DNA of 64,000 bases from an uncultured virus (IMG/VR IMGVR_UViG_3300029915_000022) (IMGVR_UViG_3300029915_000022), one strand, 5' to 3'. Counted from the first letter of the stretch, positions 27,364 through 37,622 are shown. Made by a program: numbers and translations. The notes: generated from the sequence alone by a model not told the origin.

Positions 27364-27708
27364 ATGAAGGAGTTTCTTCCGGTTCTCATTGCCCTGTTCA
27401 TCGGGCTTCTGGGAACCGCGTGTTGCAGAAGTGAACCGGGCAGGGTGACGCTGAGCTGTGTCGCAAGCAAGGAATCTGCTCGCAACGACACTGCAAAGCG
27501 GGTACAGGACACGATCCTGCGCAGCACCAGCACGGAAGATACCCGAACCCCGTTCGCCAATTCGTCCAGCATTCTGCTCGGCGACGTCGGCGACACTCAC
27601 CAGCCCGAGGTCGGCATCGCCGCCGGCTCGAGCAACTACACCGGCCAGGAGTGCGACCAGAATCGGCTTACGTATCCGATTCCTGATCCCTCGTTGACCT
27701 CACTGTAG
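27364..27708 (+). CDS. Putative lipoprotein
   Basis: GAGGAGG RBS; MKEFLPVLIALFIGLLGTAC signal with lipobox-like Cys. Confidence 0.55.
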   Translation: MKEFLPVLIALFIGLLGTACCRSEPGRVTLSCVASKESARNDTAKRVQDTILRSTSTEDTRTPFANSSSILLGDVGDTHQPEVGIAAGSSNYTGQECDQNRLTYPIPDPSLTSL

Positions 27709-27945
27709 CTGGTCTTCGCTTCACGGTCTTTACCGTGTCGTATATGGAGCGCATTGTCGAGGCCAATGGACAGCTCCAACACAACCAGCTGATTGACTAA
27801 GACTGCCGAACAGGCGTCCCGAAAGTCCAGGCAACACCCAGCCTGAATCGGAAACCAAAGATTGGACTGTCGGGAGACGGACCAATCTTTTGTTTTCTTT
27901 AGGATCCAAGAAATTGGTTCTTAAGGAAAGCAATCCAGAAATCCA

Positions 27946-27975
27946 TTGCAGTAGCTAGGCTAGGTCGCCTACAAT
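27946..27975 (+). promoter_or_regulatory. sigma70-like promoter of the recombination/replication operon
   Basis: TTGCAG-18-TACAAT. Confidence 0.65.
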
Positions 27976-27999
27976 TTAAGGCAACCCAGGAGATACGAA

Positions 28000-28428
28000 A
28001 TGCCGGTTACGCCAGCCATCCAGATTCTGATTGATCAGTGGAATGCGAAAGTCAAGGAGATGGCTCCGCTGAAAGCCAAGATCGTGCCACTTGCGGCGGA
28101 GGAACAGGCGTTACGACGTTTAATTGTCCACAGCCTCTGGCCTGCGAACGCCAATGAAGGCACTCGATACGAGGAGCTTGCAACCGGCCAGCGCCTGAAA
28201 GGCAACGTGAAGATCGACCGAAAGGTCGATGAAGCGGCCTACCAGAACAACCATGAGCGTATCTGGAAGGAATTAGGGAATCCGCAAACGTTCTTCAAGA
28301 CGGAGCATTCGCTGGATCTGAAAGCCTACCGCGCGCTCCCTGCGGAGAAGCAGAAGATTCTCCAAGAGATTTTCGTGGAGAAACCAGCATCCCCTGAGTT
28401 GGAGCTTTTGCCCCCTAAAGAGGGGTAA
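28000..28428 (+). CDS. Conserved phage protein (coiled N-terminus) preceding the recombinase
   Basis: AGGAG RBS; EGT...EL..G..LK......RKVDE. Confidence 0.6.
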   Translation: MPVTPAIQILIDQWNAKVKEMAPLKAKIVPLAAEEQALRRLIVHSLWPANANEGTRYEELATGQRLKGNVKIDRKVDEAAYQNNHERIWKELGNPQTFFKTEHSLDLKAYRALPAEKQKILQEIFVEKPASPELELLPPKEG

Positions 28429-28437
28429 GGTCGCGCA

Positions 28438-29139
28438 ATGGCTCCGAACACACCGAACATCATTATCCGGACGACCGACGAGATTACGCAGTCTCGCGGC
28501 GTCAAAGTTCTAGTTCATGCTGGAACTGGAGTCGGGAAAACGCGCATGTGCGCGACCGCACCAGATCCCTTTATCATTTCTGCAGAGCACGGACTTCTCT
28601 CTCTTAAGAAATTTCGAATTCCTGCGACTGAAATTCGGTCGATGGCGGATCTCGGAAATGTCTACCTCTGGTTGATGGAATCTAGCGAATCCCGGTTCAT
28701 CCAAACCGTCTGTATCGATTCTTGGTCCGATATCGCCGAAGTCTTTCTTGAGGAGCTTCGGAAGATCGTAAAGGACCCGAGGCAAGCATACTTCGAAACC
28801 CAACTTCGAATTCTGGAGATGACACGGTACTTCCGGGATATCCCAGACAAGAATGTCTACATCACCGCAAAGTCCGGATATGAGAAGGATGAGCTTTCCG
28901 GTGCGATGAAGTGGGGGCCGATGATGCCAGGAAACAAGCTGGCGCAACTTCTTCCATTCTTGTTCGACGAAGTTTGGGCACTCCGGACTTCCTCTGCAAA
29001 GGATCCGGTTACCGGCATCCCTTACCGATACGTCCAGACGCAAGAGGATCTCCAATACCTTGCAAAGGATCGCAGCGGATCTCTTGCGTTCCAAGAGCCG
29101 GCTGATTTGACTCACCTATTTAACAAGATGCGCGCCTAG
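28438..29139 (+). CDS. AAA_24 / Sak4-like ATPase (recombinase)
   Basis: [32 protein letters not shown]. Confidence 0.85.
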   Translation: MAPNTPNIIIRTTDEITQSRGVKVLVHAGTGVGKTRMCATAPDPFIISAEHGLLSLKKFRIPATEIRSMADLGNVYLWLMESSESRFIQTVCIDSWSDIAEVFLEELRKIVKDPRQAYFETQLRILEMTRYFRDIPDKNVYITAKSGYEKDELSGAMKWGPMMPGNKLAQLLPFLFDEVWALRTSSAKDPVTGIPYRYVQTQEDLQYLAKDRSGSLAFQEPADLTHLFNKMRA

Positions 29140-29168
29140 CACGCATCGCAACCCGAGGTAGAACTGCA

Positions 29169-29414
29169 ATGGCAACCGGAACGGTGAAGTGGTTCAACGA
29201 TGCGAAGGGCTTTGGTTTCATCACTCCTGACGAGGGCGGAAAGGACGTATTCGTCCACCATACGTCCATCCAGTCGGAGGGATTTCGAAGCCTTGAAGAA
29301 GGCTCGAAGGTCACGTACGAAACCGTGAACGGCGACAAGGGCGTGCAAGCTGCCAACGTCCGGCAGACCTCCAAGGGCAGCTCGGCTCCGAAGTCCAACC
29401 CGAAGAAGAAGTAA
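29169..29414 (+). CDS. cspA: Cold-shock domain protein with basic C-terminal tail
   Basis: [15 protein letters not shown] (RNP1), DVFVH (RNP2). Confidence 0.95.
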   Translation: MATGTVKWFNDAKGFGFITPDEGGKDVFVHHTSIQSEGFRSLEEGSKVTYETVNGDKGVQAANVRQTSKGSSAPKSNPKKK

Positions 29415-29438
29415 TTTCCTTCAACCAAGAGAGCGAAC

Positions 29439-30230
29439 ATGAGCAAACTACCTGGAGCATTTGACGCCAGCACCATCAAGCCGGGAGGGATGCTTGATCC
29501 CGTTCCGTCTGGCGTCTACAACGTGAAGATCGTCGAGTCGGAGATGAAGCCGACTTCTGACGCGAAGGGGCAGTATCTCTCCCTCACCCTGGAGATCCTG
29601 GACGGCGAATTCGCGGAGCGAAAGCTCTTTGACAACCTCAACCTTGTCAACGACAACGCGACCGCCGTGCAGATCGCGCAGGGTGCCCTCTCGGCAATCT
29701 GCCACGCCACCGGCGTGATCCGCCTGGACGATTCGGCGGCACTCCACAACATCCCGATGCAGGCCAAGGTCGGCTTGGAGAAGGGGGGCACCGGCAAGGA
29801 CGGAAAGACGTACGAGGACAAGAACAAGATCAAGCGCTACATGCCGATCGAAGGTGGCGCTGGAGCTCCCGCCGCTGGCGGGTTCATTCCGCCGGGTGAG
29901 CAAGTCAAGCCGCCTCCCGCCTCGGCGGCTCCGGCGACGGGTTCTCCGCCGTGGGGAGGAGCAGCCGCTCCCGCTGCCGGTGCATCTACCGGATGGACGC
30001 CGCCCGCTGCAAAGCAGCCCGAGGCTCCCTTTGGCCTGAAGGCTGATGGGTCCTACGAGGGATCTTCCTACCCTCCGGATGCTCACAAGTGGGCCGACGC
30101 AAACGCTTCCAACGAGGAGGCCAAGAAGATCATCGCAAGCCGTCCGAAGAAGCCCGAATCGGCAGCGCCTCCGGCATGGTCGCCTCCCACCTCGGCTCCG
30201 GCTGAGAACAAGCCGCCCTGGGCGAAGTAA
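29439..30230 (+). CDS. Single-stranded DNA-binding protein (DUF669-like)
   Basis: PVPSGVYNVKIVESEMK...LSAICHATG; Pro/Ala tail ending PPWAK. Confidence 0.8.
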   Translation: MSKLPGAFDASTIKPGGMLDPVPSGVYNVKIVESEMKPTSDAKGQYLSLTLEILDGEFAERKLFDNLNLVNDNATAVQIAQGALSAICHATGVIRLDDSAALHNIPMQAKVGLEKGGTGKDGKTYEDKNKIKRYMPIEGGAGAPAAGGFIPPGEQVKPPPASAAPATGSPPWGGAAAPAAGASTGWTPPAAKQPEAPFGLKADGSYEGSSYPPDAHKWADANASNEEAKKIIASRPKKPESAAPPAWSPPTSAPAENKPPWAK

Positions 30231-30239
30231 AGAACTTTT

Positions 30240-30292
30240 GGATTCCTAGGTCTAACTTCCCTCGGGAATCGTTAGGGGCAACCTAGGAATCC
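30240..30292 (+). terminator. Long stem-loop after SSB gene
   Basis: GGATTCCTAGGT...ACCTAGGAATCC followed by TCTTT. Confidence 0.55.
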
Positions 30293-30356
30293 TCTTTCTA
30301 AGAGGCAACGGTACTGGAAGGCGAATCGCTACCGTTGTCTCCTAAAAGGAGATTCA

Positions 30357-30764
30357 ATGCCCGACGATATTGTCGACCGAAAGCCATGCACCGATTGTGG
30401 TCTTACTGGTTCTTTCTCGAAAGAGAAGGTCTGCCCTTCTTGTGGTCAAGCAGGATACTTTTACGGAGTAAACGACAATCCGACGCAGAAGCGAACCGTC
30501 GACACGGCGGCGCTGATCTACAGTGCGGCGATGAAACAGCGTAACATGAGCATTCCGCTTCCGCCGCCCAAAGAAGGTCTCGAGGTTCCCGTCTGGTCTC
30601 TTGTCATGAAGGACATGACTGACCGGGATCAATTTGGCCGGAAGAAGTACGGGCAACCGCTGAAAGCGCACGATGGACGGGATCCATTGACGGATGCTTA
30701 CCAGGAGGCACTGGACCTTGCAGTTTACCTGCGGAAAGCAATTTTTGAGCGGGATGGCAAGTGA
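30357..30764 (+). CDS. Zn-ribbon plus MazG-like helical domain protein
   Basis: CxxC/CxxC; R...G.KKYG..L...DGRD.L.DAYQEALD..VY. Confidence 0.55.
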   Translation: MPDDIVDRKPCTDCGLTGSFSKEKVCPSCGQAGYFYGVNDNPTQKRTVDTAALIYSAAMKQRNMSIPLPPPKEGLEVPVWSLVMKDMTDRDQFGRKKYGQPLKAHDGRDPLTDAYQEALDLAVYLRKAIFERDGK

Positions 30765-31780
30765 GCTTACTTCCGGCCGTTTTTAAGCCGTCGAAAGACC
30801 AGATTATTCCAGCGACCAAAACGCTGGAAGCAATCACCGCTGGCCTTCTGAAGGATGGTGGTAATCTCTACCGAAAGTTTCTTCAGCTCCAACTGCCAAC
30901 TGCGGCGGACGCTTATCGACAGGACGATTCTGTACTCCGTACTCATCTTGGCGCGAGTCAGATCGGTAAAGAGTGCAGTCGAGAACTCTGGTACGGCTTC
31001 CGGTGGGCAGTAGACCCAAAGTCTCGTCGGGAATGGCATGATGGGCCACACCAGGTTCCTATCTGCTTTGCATGTCAGAAACGAGCGGCGGACATGGTCC
31101 GATTGCTCAACCGAGGACATCTCGAAGAGCCAAGGGTCGTGGCCCTTCTTTTGATGATCGGTTGCACGATCTACCAGTTTGACGAAAAGGGGAAGCAGTT
31201 CAAAGTCTCCATTTTCGATGGCCATTTCGGTGGATCCTGCGATGGAGTCCAGGTCGGGATTCCCGATCTTCCGGTCGGGACTCCTTCTCTCGTCGAAATC
31301 AAGACGTCGAACGACAAAAACTTCGATAAGCTTGCAAAAAGCGGTGTCAAAGTTGTCAAACCAGAGCATTTCTACCAGATGCAGACGTACATGGGCGGAC
31401 TTAATCTTACGGTCGCCATCTACATCGCCGTCAATAAGAACGACGACGAAATCTGGGCAGAGCTCGTTTACTTTGATCAGGAAGTGTACGCCGCGATCCA
31501 AGCGAAGGCAAAAACAATCGTCTACTTGAACATGCCTCCTTCCAAGATCAGTAACAATCCATCTTGGCACAAATGCGCATTCTGCGAAGCGAAACACCTT
31601 TGCCACAAGACTCTCGATGCAACGGGCAAGGTTCCTGAGCCGGTTCGTAACTGCAGAACGTGCATCTTTTCCAAGCCGGTTGCGGATTCACTCTGGCTTT
31701 GCGGCCAGACGGACACAACCCTGAACAAAGACCAGCAAATCGCTGGTTGTGGGAAGTACACTCGAATCGGCGGTATGTGA
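30761..31780 (+). CDS. Cas4-like PD-(D/E)XK exonuclease
   Basis: HLGASQIGKEC.R.LWY, GSCDG, EIKT, QMQTYM, CAFC..K.LC. Confidence 0.85.
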   Translation: MSLLPAVFKPSKDQIIPATKTLEAITAGLLKDGGNLYRKFLQLQLPTAADAYRQDDSVLRTHLGASQIGKECSRELWYGFRWAVDPKSRREWHDGPHQVPICFACQKRAADMVRLLNRGHLEEPRVVALLLMIGCTIYQFDEKGKQFKVSIFDGHFGGSCDGVQVGIPDLPVGTPSLVEIKTSNDKNFDKLAKSGVKVVKPEHFYQMQTYMGGLNLTVAIYIAVNKNDDEIWAELVYFDQEVYAAIQAKAKTIVYLNMPPSKISNNPSWHKCAFCEAKHLCHKTLDATGKVPEPVRNCRTCIFSKPVADSLWLCGQTDTTLNKDQQIAGCGKYTRIGGM

Positions 31781-31786
31781 TAGGCC

Positions 31787-33472
31787 ATGCGCTTTGATCA
31801 TCGCGACTACCAAGAAGCTGCTTGGCGCTCCGTAGTTGAGTATTTCCAGGAGGGCAACAGGGGTAACCCTCTCATTGCCCTCCCTACAGGCACGGGAAAG
31901 AGCCCTGTAATCGGCCTGTTAATAAAGTACATGCTGAGCGAGTACCCGCGCACCCGTATCATTGTCGCGACACATACGAAAGAGTTGATTGTCCAGGATC
32001 TAAAAGCGCTCCAACGAGTCTGGCCGAGCGCTCCTGTAGGCGTCTACTCTTCCGGGCTTAAGAAGCACGAAACCTTCTACCCAATCACATTCGCAGGAAT
32101 CGATTCCATAGCCGATCAGGCCCACCTTTTCGGGCATATCGATATCCTCATTGTGGACGAAGCCCACCTAGTTTCGCCTAAAGATGATACGCGCTACCAG
32201 AAGTTCGTTCTAGCTCTTCGAAAGGTTAACCCGTACATCAAGGTAGTTGGTCTAACTGCCACAATCTTCCGGAAGGGGCAGGGTCTTCTCACGGACGATA
32301 ACGGGATCTTTACCGACGTCTGCTTTAACGCGACGACACTAGAATCCTTCAACTGGTTCATAGACGAAGGGTATCTTCTTCCGCTCATCCCACATAAGAC
32401 TGAGCAGGAGTACGACACCTCCGAGATCCAGGTTCTTGGAACTGGCGACTACAACCAGAAGCAGCTCCAAGAAGCGGTCGATAAGCAAGAGCTGACCTAT
32501 AAGGTCTGCGCAGAAACGATCCGGCTTGGGGAGCACCGGAAGCACTGGCTTGTGTTCGCGGCTGGAGTGAATCATACTCTCCATACACGGGATATGTTTG
32601 TGAATCTTGGAGTCAATGCAACGTGCGTTCACTCCAAGATGGGAGACAAAGAGCGTGACGCGAATATTCTTGGATTCCTCAACGGGGAATACCAAGTAAT
32701 GGTCAACAACGGCATTTTGACCACAGGGTTCGATTTCCGGGCGCTGGACCTTATTTCTATGATGCGGTCGACAATGTCGACCTCACTCTGGGTCCAGATG
32801 CTAGGTCGCGGAACAAGGCCGAATTACGCTTCCGGGTTTGATCTAACACAGAAGTGGGCTCGTCTCGCTGCCATCCAAGCGAGCCAGAAGCAGAATTGCC
32901 TCGTTCTCGACTTTGCCGGGAACACTAAGCGACTCGGCCCAATTAACGACCCTGTGATCCCGAAAAAGAAGGGGTCCGGGGGGTCACGTCCAGCTCCGGT
33001 CAGGATCTGCGAAATCTGTATGACGTATAATCATGCAGCAGCTAGATTCTGCATCAATTGCGGGTCTGAGTTTATCCGGCATGTTGCGATCCAGGAGAAG
33101 GCTTCGACGGCTGAGCTTATCCGGAAAACGGAGGATAAGGCTCCTCCGAGGTTTGAAGAGTTCGACGTAAGTAGGATCTCGTACAAGATCCATCAGTCCC
33201 GGAAGGGGACACCGCCGTCGCTAAAGGTGAGTTACTACGCTAGTGTCTATAATACCTTCAACGAATGGCTCTGTTTCGAACACCTTGGATTCGCTTCTGT
33301 AAAGGCTCGAAAAGTCTGGCGTGAACGGACCATGGAACCTGAGAAGCCGGTTCCAGATACGGTGGAAGAGGCGATCGACCGAATTAAAGAGCTGAGAGCC
33401 CCAAAGCGTATCAAAGTCTTTATTCGTCATGGTCCGGGTGAACATTCGGAGGTCGTCGGCTATGAGTATTAA
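31787..33472 (+). CDS. Superfamily 2 DNA helicase (RadD/YejH-like)
   Basis: RDYQ, PTGTGKS, DEAH, TAT, LTTGFD, QMLGRGTR, C-terminal zinc finger. Confidence 0.92.
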   Translation: MRFDHRDYQEAAWRSVVEYFQEGNRGNPLIALPTGTGKSPVIGLLIKYMLSEYPRTRIIVATHTKELIVQDLKALQRVWPSAPVGVYSSGLKKHETFYPITFAGIDSIADQAHLFGHIDILIVDEAHLVSPKDDTRYQKFVLALRKVNPYIKVVGLTATIFRKGQGLLTDDNGIFTDVCFNATTLESFNWFIDEGYLLPLIPHKTEQEYDTSEIQVLGTGDYNQKQLQEAVDKQELTYKVCAETIRLGEHRKHWLVFAAGVNHTLHTRDMFVNLGVNATCVHSKMGDKERDANILGFLNGEYQVMVNNGILTTGFDFRALDLISMMRSTMSTSLWVQMLGRGTRPNYASGFDLTQKWARLAAIQASQKQNCLVLDFAGNTKRLGPINDPVIPKKKGSGGSRPAPVRICEICMTYNHAAARFCINCGSEFIRHVAIQEKASTAELIRKTEDKAPPRFEEFDVSRISYKIHQSRKGTPPSLKVSYYASVYNTFNEWLCFEHLGFASVKARKVWRERTMEPEKPVPDTVEEAIDRIKELRAPKRIKVFIRHGPGEHSEVVGYEY

Positions 33473-33692
33473 CATGTTGCGGTTGCAGGTAAACCTTCAA
33501 GAAGAGGCACTAAAGAGTGCGACATGGCACTCTTGCCTGAACTGTGGCCACTTCGGAGATTCAGACGCCAAGCGTAAGCTGGCCAATCTGGGTCTCTTAG
33601 AAGAACTTCAGTGCATGAAGTACAAGGCGAAGCCTCCTCTGAATGTGATTGTTGTCGGGTGCGAGAGCTGGGAAGACGGAATCCCATTCTGA
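33462..33692 (+). CDS. Small Cys-rich protein
   Basis: SCLNC...C.KY...PP..VIV.GCE.W...IPF. Confidence 0.55.
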   Translation: MSINMLRLQVNLQEEALKSATWHSCLNCGHFGDSDAKRKLANLGLLEELQCMKYKAKPPLNVIVVGCESWEDGIPF

Positions 33693-33729
33693 CGGGATCT
33701 AGATACTTCCAGAAATCTGTTTTGCGTAG

Positions 33730-33758
33730 TTGCACCTTTTAAGGGTTCCCTATAAAGT
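33730..33758 (+). promoter_or_regulatory. Putative sigma70-like promoter
   Basis: TTGCAC-17-TAAAGT. Confidence 0.5.
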
Positions 33759-33816
33759 CCAGCCCGTAGGATCTGCGACATGGGGTCGCAGAAGGATCTA
33801 GGATAGGATCTTCCCA

Positions 33817-34869
33817 ATGCCCGAGAAGAAAGCCGTCAAGAAATCAGCTTCAAAAGGATTCTACGCTCGTGAGCGCGACGCAAAAGCTGCGGCGCTCAAG
33901 AAGTACAAGGAAGGCGAATTCGAGATCGTCTACGGGCCGAAGGGCCATTCGATCCGAGAAGTCAAGCAGTACGTCGCGGTCCCGGATGCGAAGTTGCATG
34001 GGCCGCATGACGAGCCGGAAGAAAAGGAAGAGCAACCGGAGACGGACAAAGCCCCGGAGGAACTTCTACCCGTGGCTTCCATTCCTCCCAAAGAGGAATC
34101 CGACGATATTCGGAGCGATAGTTCTGCCGGAGTACGTGCGCAAGTTGAAGCGCTGAACGAGATCCTGTCCGCCGATCCCGGTACGATGACGGACGAAAAG
34201 GCAGATGCCATCATGAAGGCGCACGCGCCGTCTCATACCGGAACGGTGACAGGAAGGTTGGACTCTTCCCTTCCGCATTACTCCAATATCTCCAAAACCG
34301 ATCCGATCGCAATCGTCTCTGAAAAGGTTGCAATCGAAGCCACCGTGATCGAAGAACACCCTGCGATTCCCCACAGGGTGGAATGCCCGCAGTGCAAGCA
34401 GATGATCGAAACCTTCGGGATCGAAGGTGCTCGCTTCTTTATCGAGCACGAATCCAAGACGGAGGATGGGATCGGCTCCGACTGCGAGCAGTCGGAAGAA
34501 AGCATTCCGCCTGTCAAGCCCATTCCGACCAACGGCTTCAAGCCCCATGAGCTCGCGCAAATCCAGAACGCGGCTGTCGAGAATGGTGCGGAAGCCGCTC
34601 GGGTTGCCGCTTCCAACGAGCGAGGCGAGCAAGTCCGCCCGCTGACCAACCACCTGAAGAAGTCGCTAGTTCCGAGTCCTTCCAAGCTCGTCTGGGAGAT
34701 TGCAGATCAGCTGAAGATTTCCAATCCGACTTGGCAGCGCAAGGACATCATCAAGCACCTTGAATCCAAAGGGATCGCGCATTTCACCGCTCGTACCCAA
34801 TACCAGCAGTGGCTGAAGGCAAATCGGGAATCCACCGCGAACGCAGCGCTGGCGAATGCCAAGAAATAA
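33817..34869 (+). CDS. TQY-x-x-W family protein, paralog 3 (long acidic N-terminus)
   Basis: PSKLVWEIAD...RKDIIKHLESKGIAHFTARTQYQQW. Confidence 0.75.
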   Translation: MPEKKAVKKSASKGFYARERDAKAAALKKYKEGEFEIVYGPKGHSIREVKQYVAVPDAKLHGPHDEPEEKEEQPETDKAPEELLPVASIPPKEESDDIRSDSSAGVRAQVEALNEILSADPGTMTDEKADAIMKAHAPSHTGTVTGRLDSSLPHYSNISKTDPIAIVSEKVAIEATVIEEHPAIPHRVECPQCKQMIETFGIEGARFFIEHESKTEDGIGSDCEQSEESIPPVKPIPTNGFKPHELAQIQNAAVENGAEAARVAASNERGEQVRPLTNHLKKSLVPSPSKLVWEIADQLKISNPTWQRKDIIKHLESKGIAHFTARTQYQQWLKANRESTANAALANAKK

Positions 34870-35053
34870 TCCTTCTCGCGCTATGTGCAGGTTCTGCTTC
34901 GTCATGTACGACATACTGGTTGTTCAGTGTGTTGTAGAAGATGGAGCGGGACCTTCACAGCATTATCTCGAATACCATGAACGACGACCGGATGAGCGGT
35001 GTCCTGGTTCGGGATCTAAATGCGTAGACGCGAATGGAACCGCCCTCCAATAA
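34856..35053 (+). CDS. Small Cys/His protein
   Basis: CRFC...H......CPGSG. Confidence 0.45.
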   Translation: MPRNNPSRAMCRFCFVMYDILVVQCVVEDGAGPSQHYLEYHERRPDERCPGSGSKCVDANGTALQ

Positions 35054-35057
35054 CCAT

Positions 35058-35087
35058 TTTACGGCTTGGCCCGGTTGGGCTTATAAT
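35058..35087 (+). promoter_or_regulatory. sigma70-like promoter in a 48-bp GA/TC-free island
   Basis: TTTACG-18-TATAAT. Confidence 0.65.
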
Positions 35088-35117
35088 GCCCGTTAGAGTT
35101 CATTGAAAGGATAACCA

Positions 35118-35327
35118 ATGCCGCATGTCAAGAATCTTGGTTCCGGGGATATCGGAGACATCCAGCGATTCCCGGAAGTCACGCCTGCGAAGATCAACGA
35201 AATCGAGCAGGCTCTCGCGAAGAAGAAAAAGGTCACTCTCACGCAACCAGCACATGACGACAAGAAGCCGCATTTCATCGTCATCCATATCGGAGAAGTG
35301 GAAGTTCTCCGCGTTCGGAAATACTAG
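35118..35327 (+). CDS. Hypothetical protein
   Basis: AAGGA RBS downstream of promoter. Confidence 0.55.
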   Translation: MPHVKNLGSGDIGDIQRFPEVTPAKINEIEQALAKKKKVTLTQPAHDDKKPHFIVIHIGEVEVLRVRKY

Positions 35328-35378
35328 TGTCCGCAATTCTAGCAATTCTTCTCCTAGTTCTTTACCGGAGATCCCGTC

Positions 35379-36014
35379 ATGGACGAACTTGAGCTCCATA
35401 TGCAGCAAACCTGGGATCACTACGGTGTCCCGGTTGCCTGTTTCAAAGAAGAACTCCAGACTTGGTACTGGAAGTCCGAATGGGTTAACCACAAGGGCAA
35501 GAGGAAGGAAATCGGCGTCCTCGCATGGAAGGGGATCGGAGTAACGATCCAGGAAAGTCTCGACAAGAAGATCGCAGCTGTGCGCGCCGCCACTACGCCA
35601 GAAGAGCGACTTGCTTTGACCGAGAAAGCCAAGAGGCTTATTCAACTCATCGCCCTCTACCTGTGGGCGATGGATAAGGCGACCGGGCCTGCATCAAGTC
35701 GCAGGTTGATGAACCAGGCTTCCAAGGCAGAATCTCTTTCGCGATATCTTGCGCGAGAAGGGAACCAGGACGGAGCGTACCAGCAGCTCCAAAGAGCGCG
35801 CGAACTCCGGAAGGCGGCTGGAAGTGATAATCCGGTGATGCCAAAGAAGGAACCTGGGATCATTGACCGGCTTCGTCTCGAGTTCGCCAAAGTCGACGTA
35901 GCTGGCAAGCTCGCTCCGAGACCGCTCTACATTGCGGCTGGAGAAGCAATCGGAGTTCACCCTGGAACCTGCGCTGTCCAGTACGCAAGGTGGAAGCGCG
36001 AGAAGGCTGTATGA
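35379..36014 (+). CDS. TQY-x-x-W family protein, divergent paralog 4
   Basis: C-terminal R..YIAAGEAIGVHPGTCAVQYARWKR. Confidence 0.6.
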   Translation: MDELELHMQQTWDHYGVPVACFKEELQTWYWKSEWVNHKGKRKEIGVLAWKGIGVTIQESLDKKIAAVRAATTPEERLALTEKAKRLIQLIALYLWAMDKATGPASSRRLMNQASKAESLSRYLAREGNQDGAYQQLQRARELRKAAGSDNPVMPKKEPGIIDRLRLEFAKVDVAGKLAPRPLYIAAGEAIGVHPGTCAVQYARWKREKAV

Positions 36015-36532
36015 ACCTACTTTCATTGAATCTCCCGATGGGCAGGATCTTCCTGCATTTCCGATGCAGATCGCATAGTAAGCGGTCTGGCATGGGGTGC
36101 TCCAAGAATTCCGGACATGACGGTCGGTGCGATTTCGAGACTGTCTGTATCTGCGGTCAAGCCTTCTGCGCATCCACCAATCGTCGCATTATTAAAGCCC
36201 TGCCTGCACCGGCATTGCAAAGCGTACCCTAACCAGCCCGTGGGCCTGCCAAGGGCGCGCAAGGCCGTTAAAACAGGCTTAGGTACGTAGGCCGTTAACT
36301 GTATTACGCTGTTACGGAGGCTGCAATGGAGCAGGAATACATGATCAAGCCGACGATTGGTACAAGAAGTGAAGGTTAACCAGGAGAACCAGCAGTACGC
36401 CATTTGGATCTTCTGGGTGGTCAGCGAAGCGGTCGTTGTCTGGGTTGCACGCGGGATCTACGATAAGCGCCGCCGACACGACATGCAGGTTCCGAATCAC
36501 GTTGAGTTATACCCATCCCCTTTGAGGATCCA

Positions 36533-37513
36533 ATGGCCTTCCAGCAGATCAAAGCTCAAGATGCTCGCGGAGTCTTTCGCGAATCGATGCTACACGATCC
36601 TCGCTACATTGGAGAAGAGAAGTACGACGGGGAGCGAAGAATTGCGCAGTTTGTGGAGGGCCGCGTTCGCTTCACTGGCAAGCGTCCTGGAGTGGACGGG
36701 AACTTTGTTGAGAAGACTGAAAACGTACCTCACCTGAATACGTTCATCGCCAGTAGTGGTCTTGATGGGACTATTCTTGATGGGGAGATGTGCCTTCCCG
36801 TTGGCCACAGCTACCCGATAAAAGAGGGTCAGCCTCAATCTAAGATTGTGACATCCGTTATGGGGTGTACGATTCCAGGCCGAGCGGAAGCAAAGCAGAA
36901 GGCCCATGGGTGGCTCACTTATCGAGTTTTTGATTGCCTCCAATACGGATCGGTGGACCTTCGGGAACACCCTTTGGAAGTCCGAAAGGCGTACATCCCT
37001 CTTATCCTTTCGATCTGGAACAAACCTAGCGCGCAGGTAGTTCCTTACTACTCGTCCATTAGTCAACTCATTGAAGAAATGCGGTTGAGTAAGAAGGAGG
37101 GAGTGATCGTTAAGTGGCTTGACGCTCCCTACGGCGAGAAGAAGCACTGGTGCAAGATCAAGTTCGAATGGACAGCCGACACCGTTGTCATGGGATTTGA
37201 TCCTCCAGAAGAGTGGAGTACCAAGTCCGACGGAACTATCTCGCGAACTGAGTTCTTCTTAAACGGCTGGATCGGGGCCATTCGCTGTGGACAATACGTT
37301 AACGGGGTTCTAACCGAATGCGCCAGCGTGTCCGGATTTCCCAAGGATCTACGTGAAGCTATGTCTAGACTTCCTAAATTCTACGTCGGGAAGGTGCTCC
37401 GGATCAAGCACTACGGTAAAGAACCGACCGGGCGGTTTCGGCATCCGCAGTTCGGGGATTTCAGAACGGATAAAGATCCCAAGGATTGCATTCAAGATCT
37501 GAACGAAATTTAG
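36533..37513 (+). CDS. ATP-dependent DNA ligase
   Basis: EEKYDGER, LDGE, VFD, EGVIVK, KIK, FRHPQF...RTDK. Confidence 0.92.
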   Translation: MAFQQIKAQDARGVFRESMLHDPRYIGEEKYDGERRIAQFVEGRVRFTGKRPGVDGNFVEKTENVPHLNTFIASSGLDGTILDGEMCLPVGHSYPIKEGQPQSKIVTSVMGCTIPGRAEAKQKAHGWLTYRVFDCLQYGSVDLREHPLEVRKAYIPLILSIWNKPSAQVVPYYSSISQLIEEMRLSKKEGVIVKWLDAPYGEKKHWCKIKFEWTADTVVMGFDPPEEWSTKSDGTISRTEFFLNGWIGAIRCGQYVNGVLTECASVSGFPKDLREAMSRLPKFYVGKVLRIKHYGKEPTGRFRHPQFGDFRTDKDPKDCIQDLNEI

Positions 37514-37536
37514 GATCCAAATGTCGCAATTTGGGG

Positions 37537-37564
37537 TTGCAGAAAAGCCAACAACGGTTATATT
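37537..37564 (+). promoter_or_regulatory. Putative sigma70-like promoter bracketed by a GGTTGCA/TGCAACC inverted repeat
   Basis: TTGCAG-16-TATATT. Confidence 0.5.
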
Positions 37565-37622
37565 GCAACCTACTGAATTACCAACCGGGCCGCGAGCCCA
37601 ACGAAACACGAAAGGATCTACC

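Noticed and set aside
30761..31780. CRISPR-Cas adaptation module
   Set aside because: Solo Cas4-like nuclease in a Sak4/SSB/helicase recombination operon; no cas1 or array
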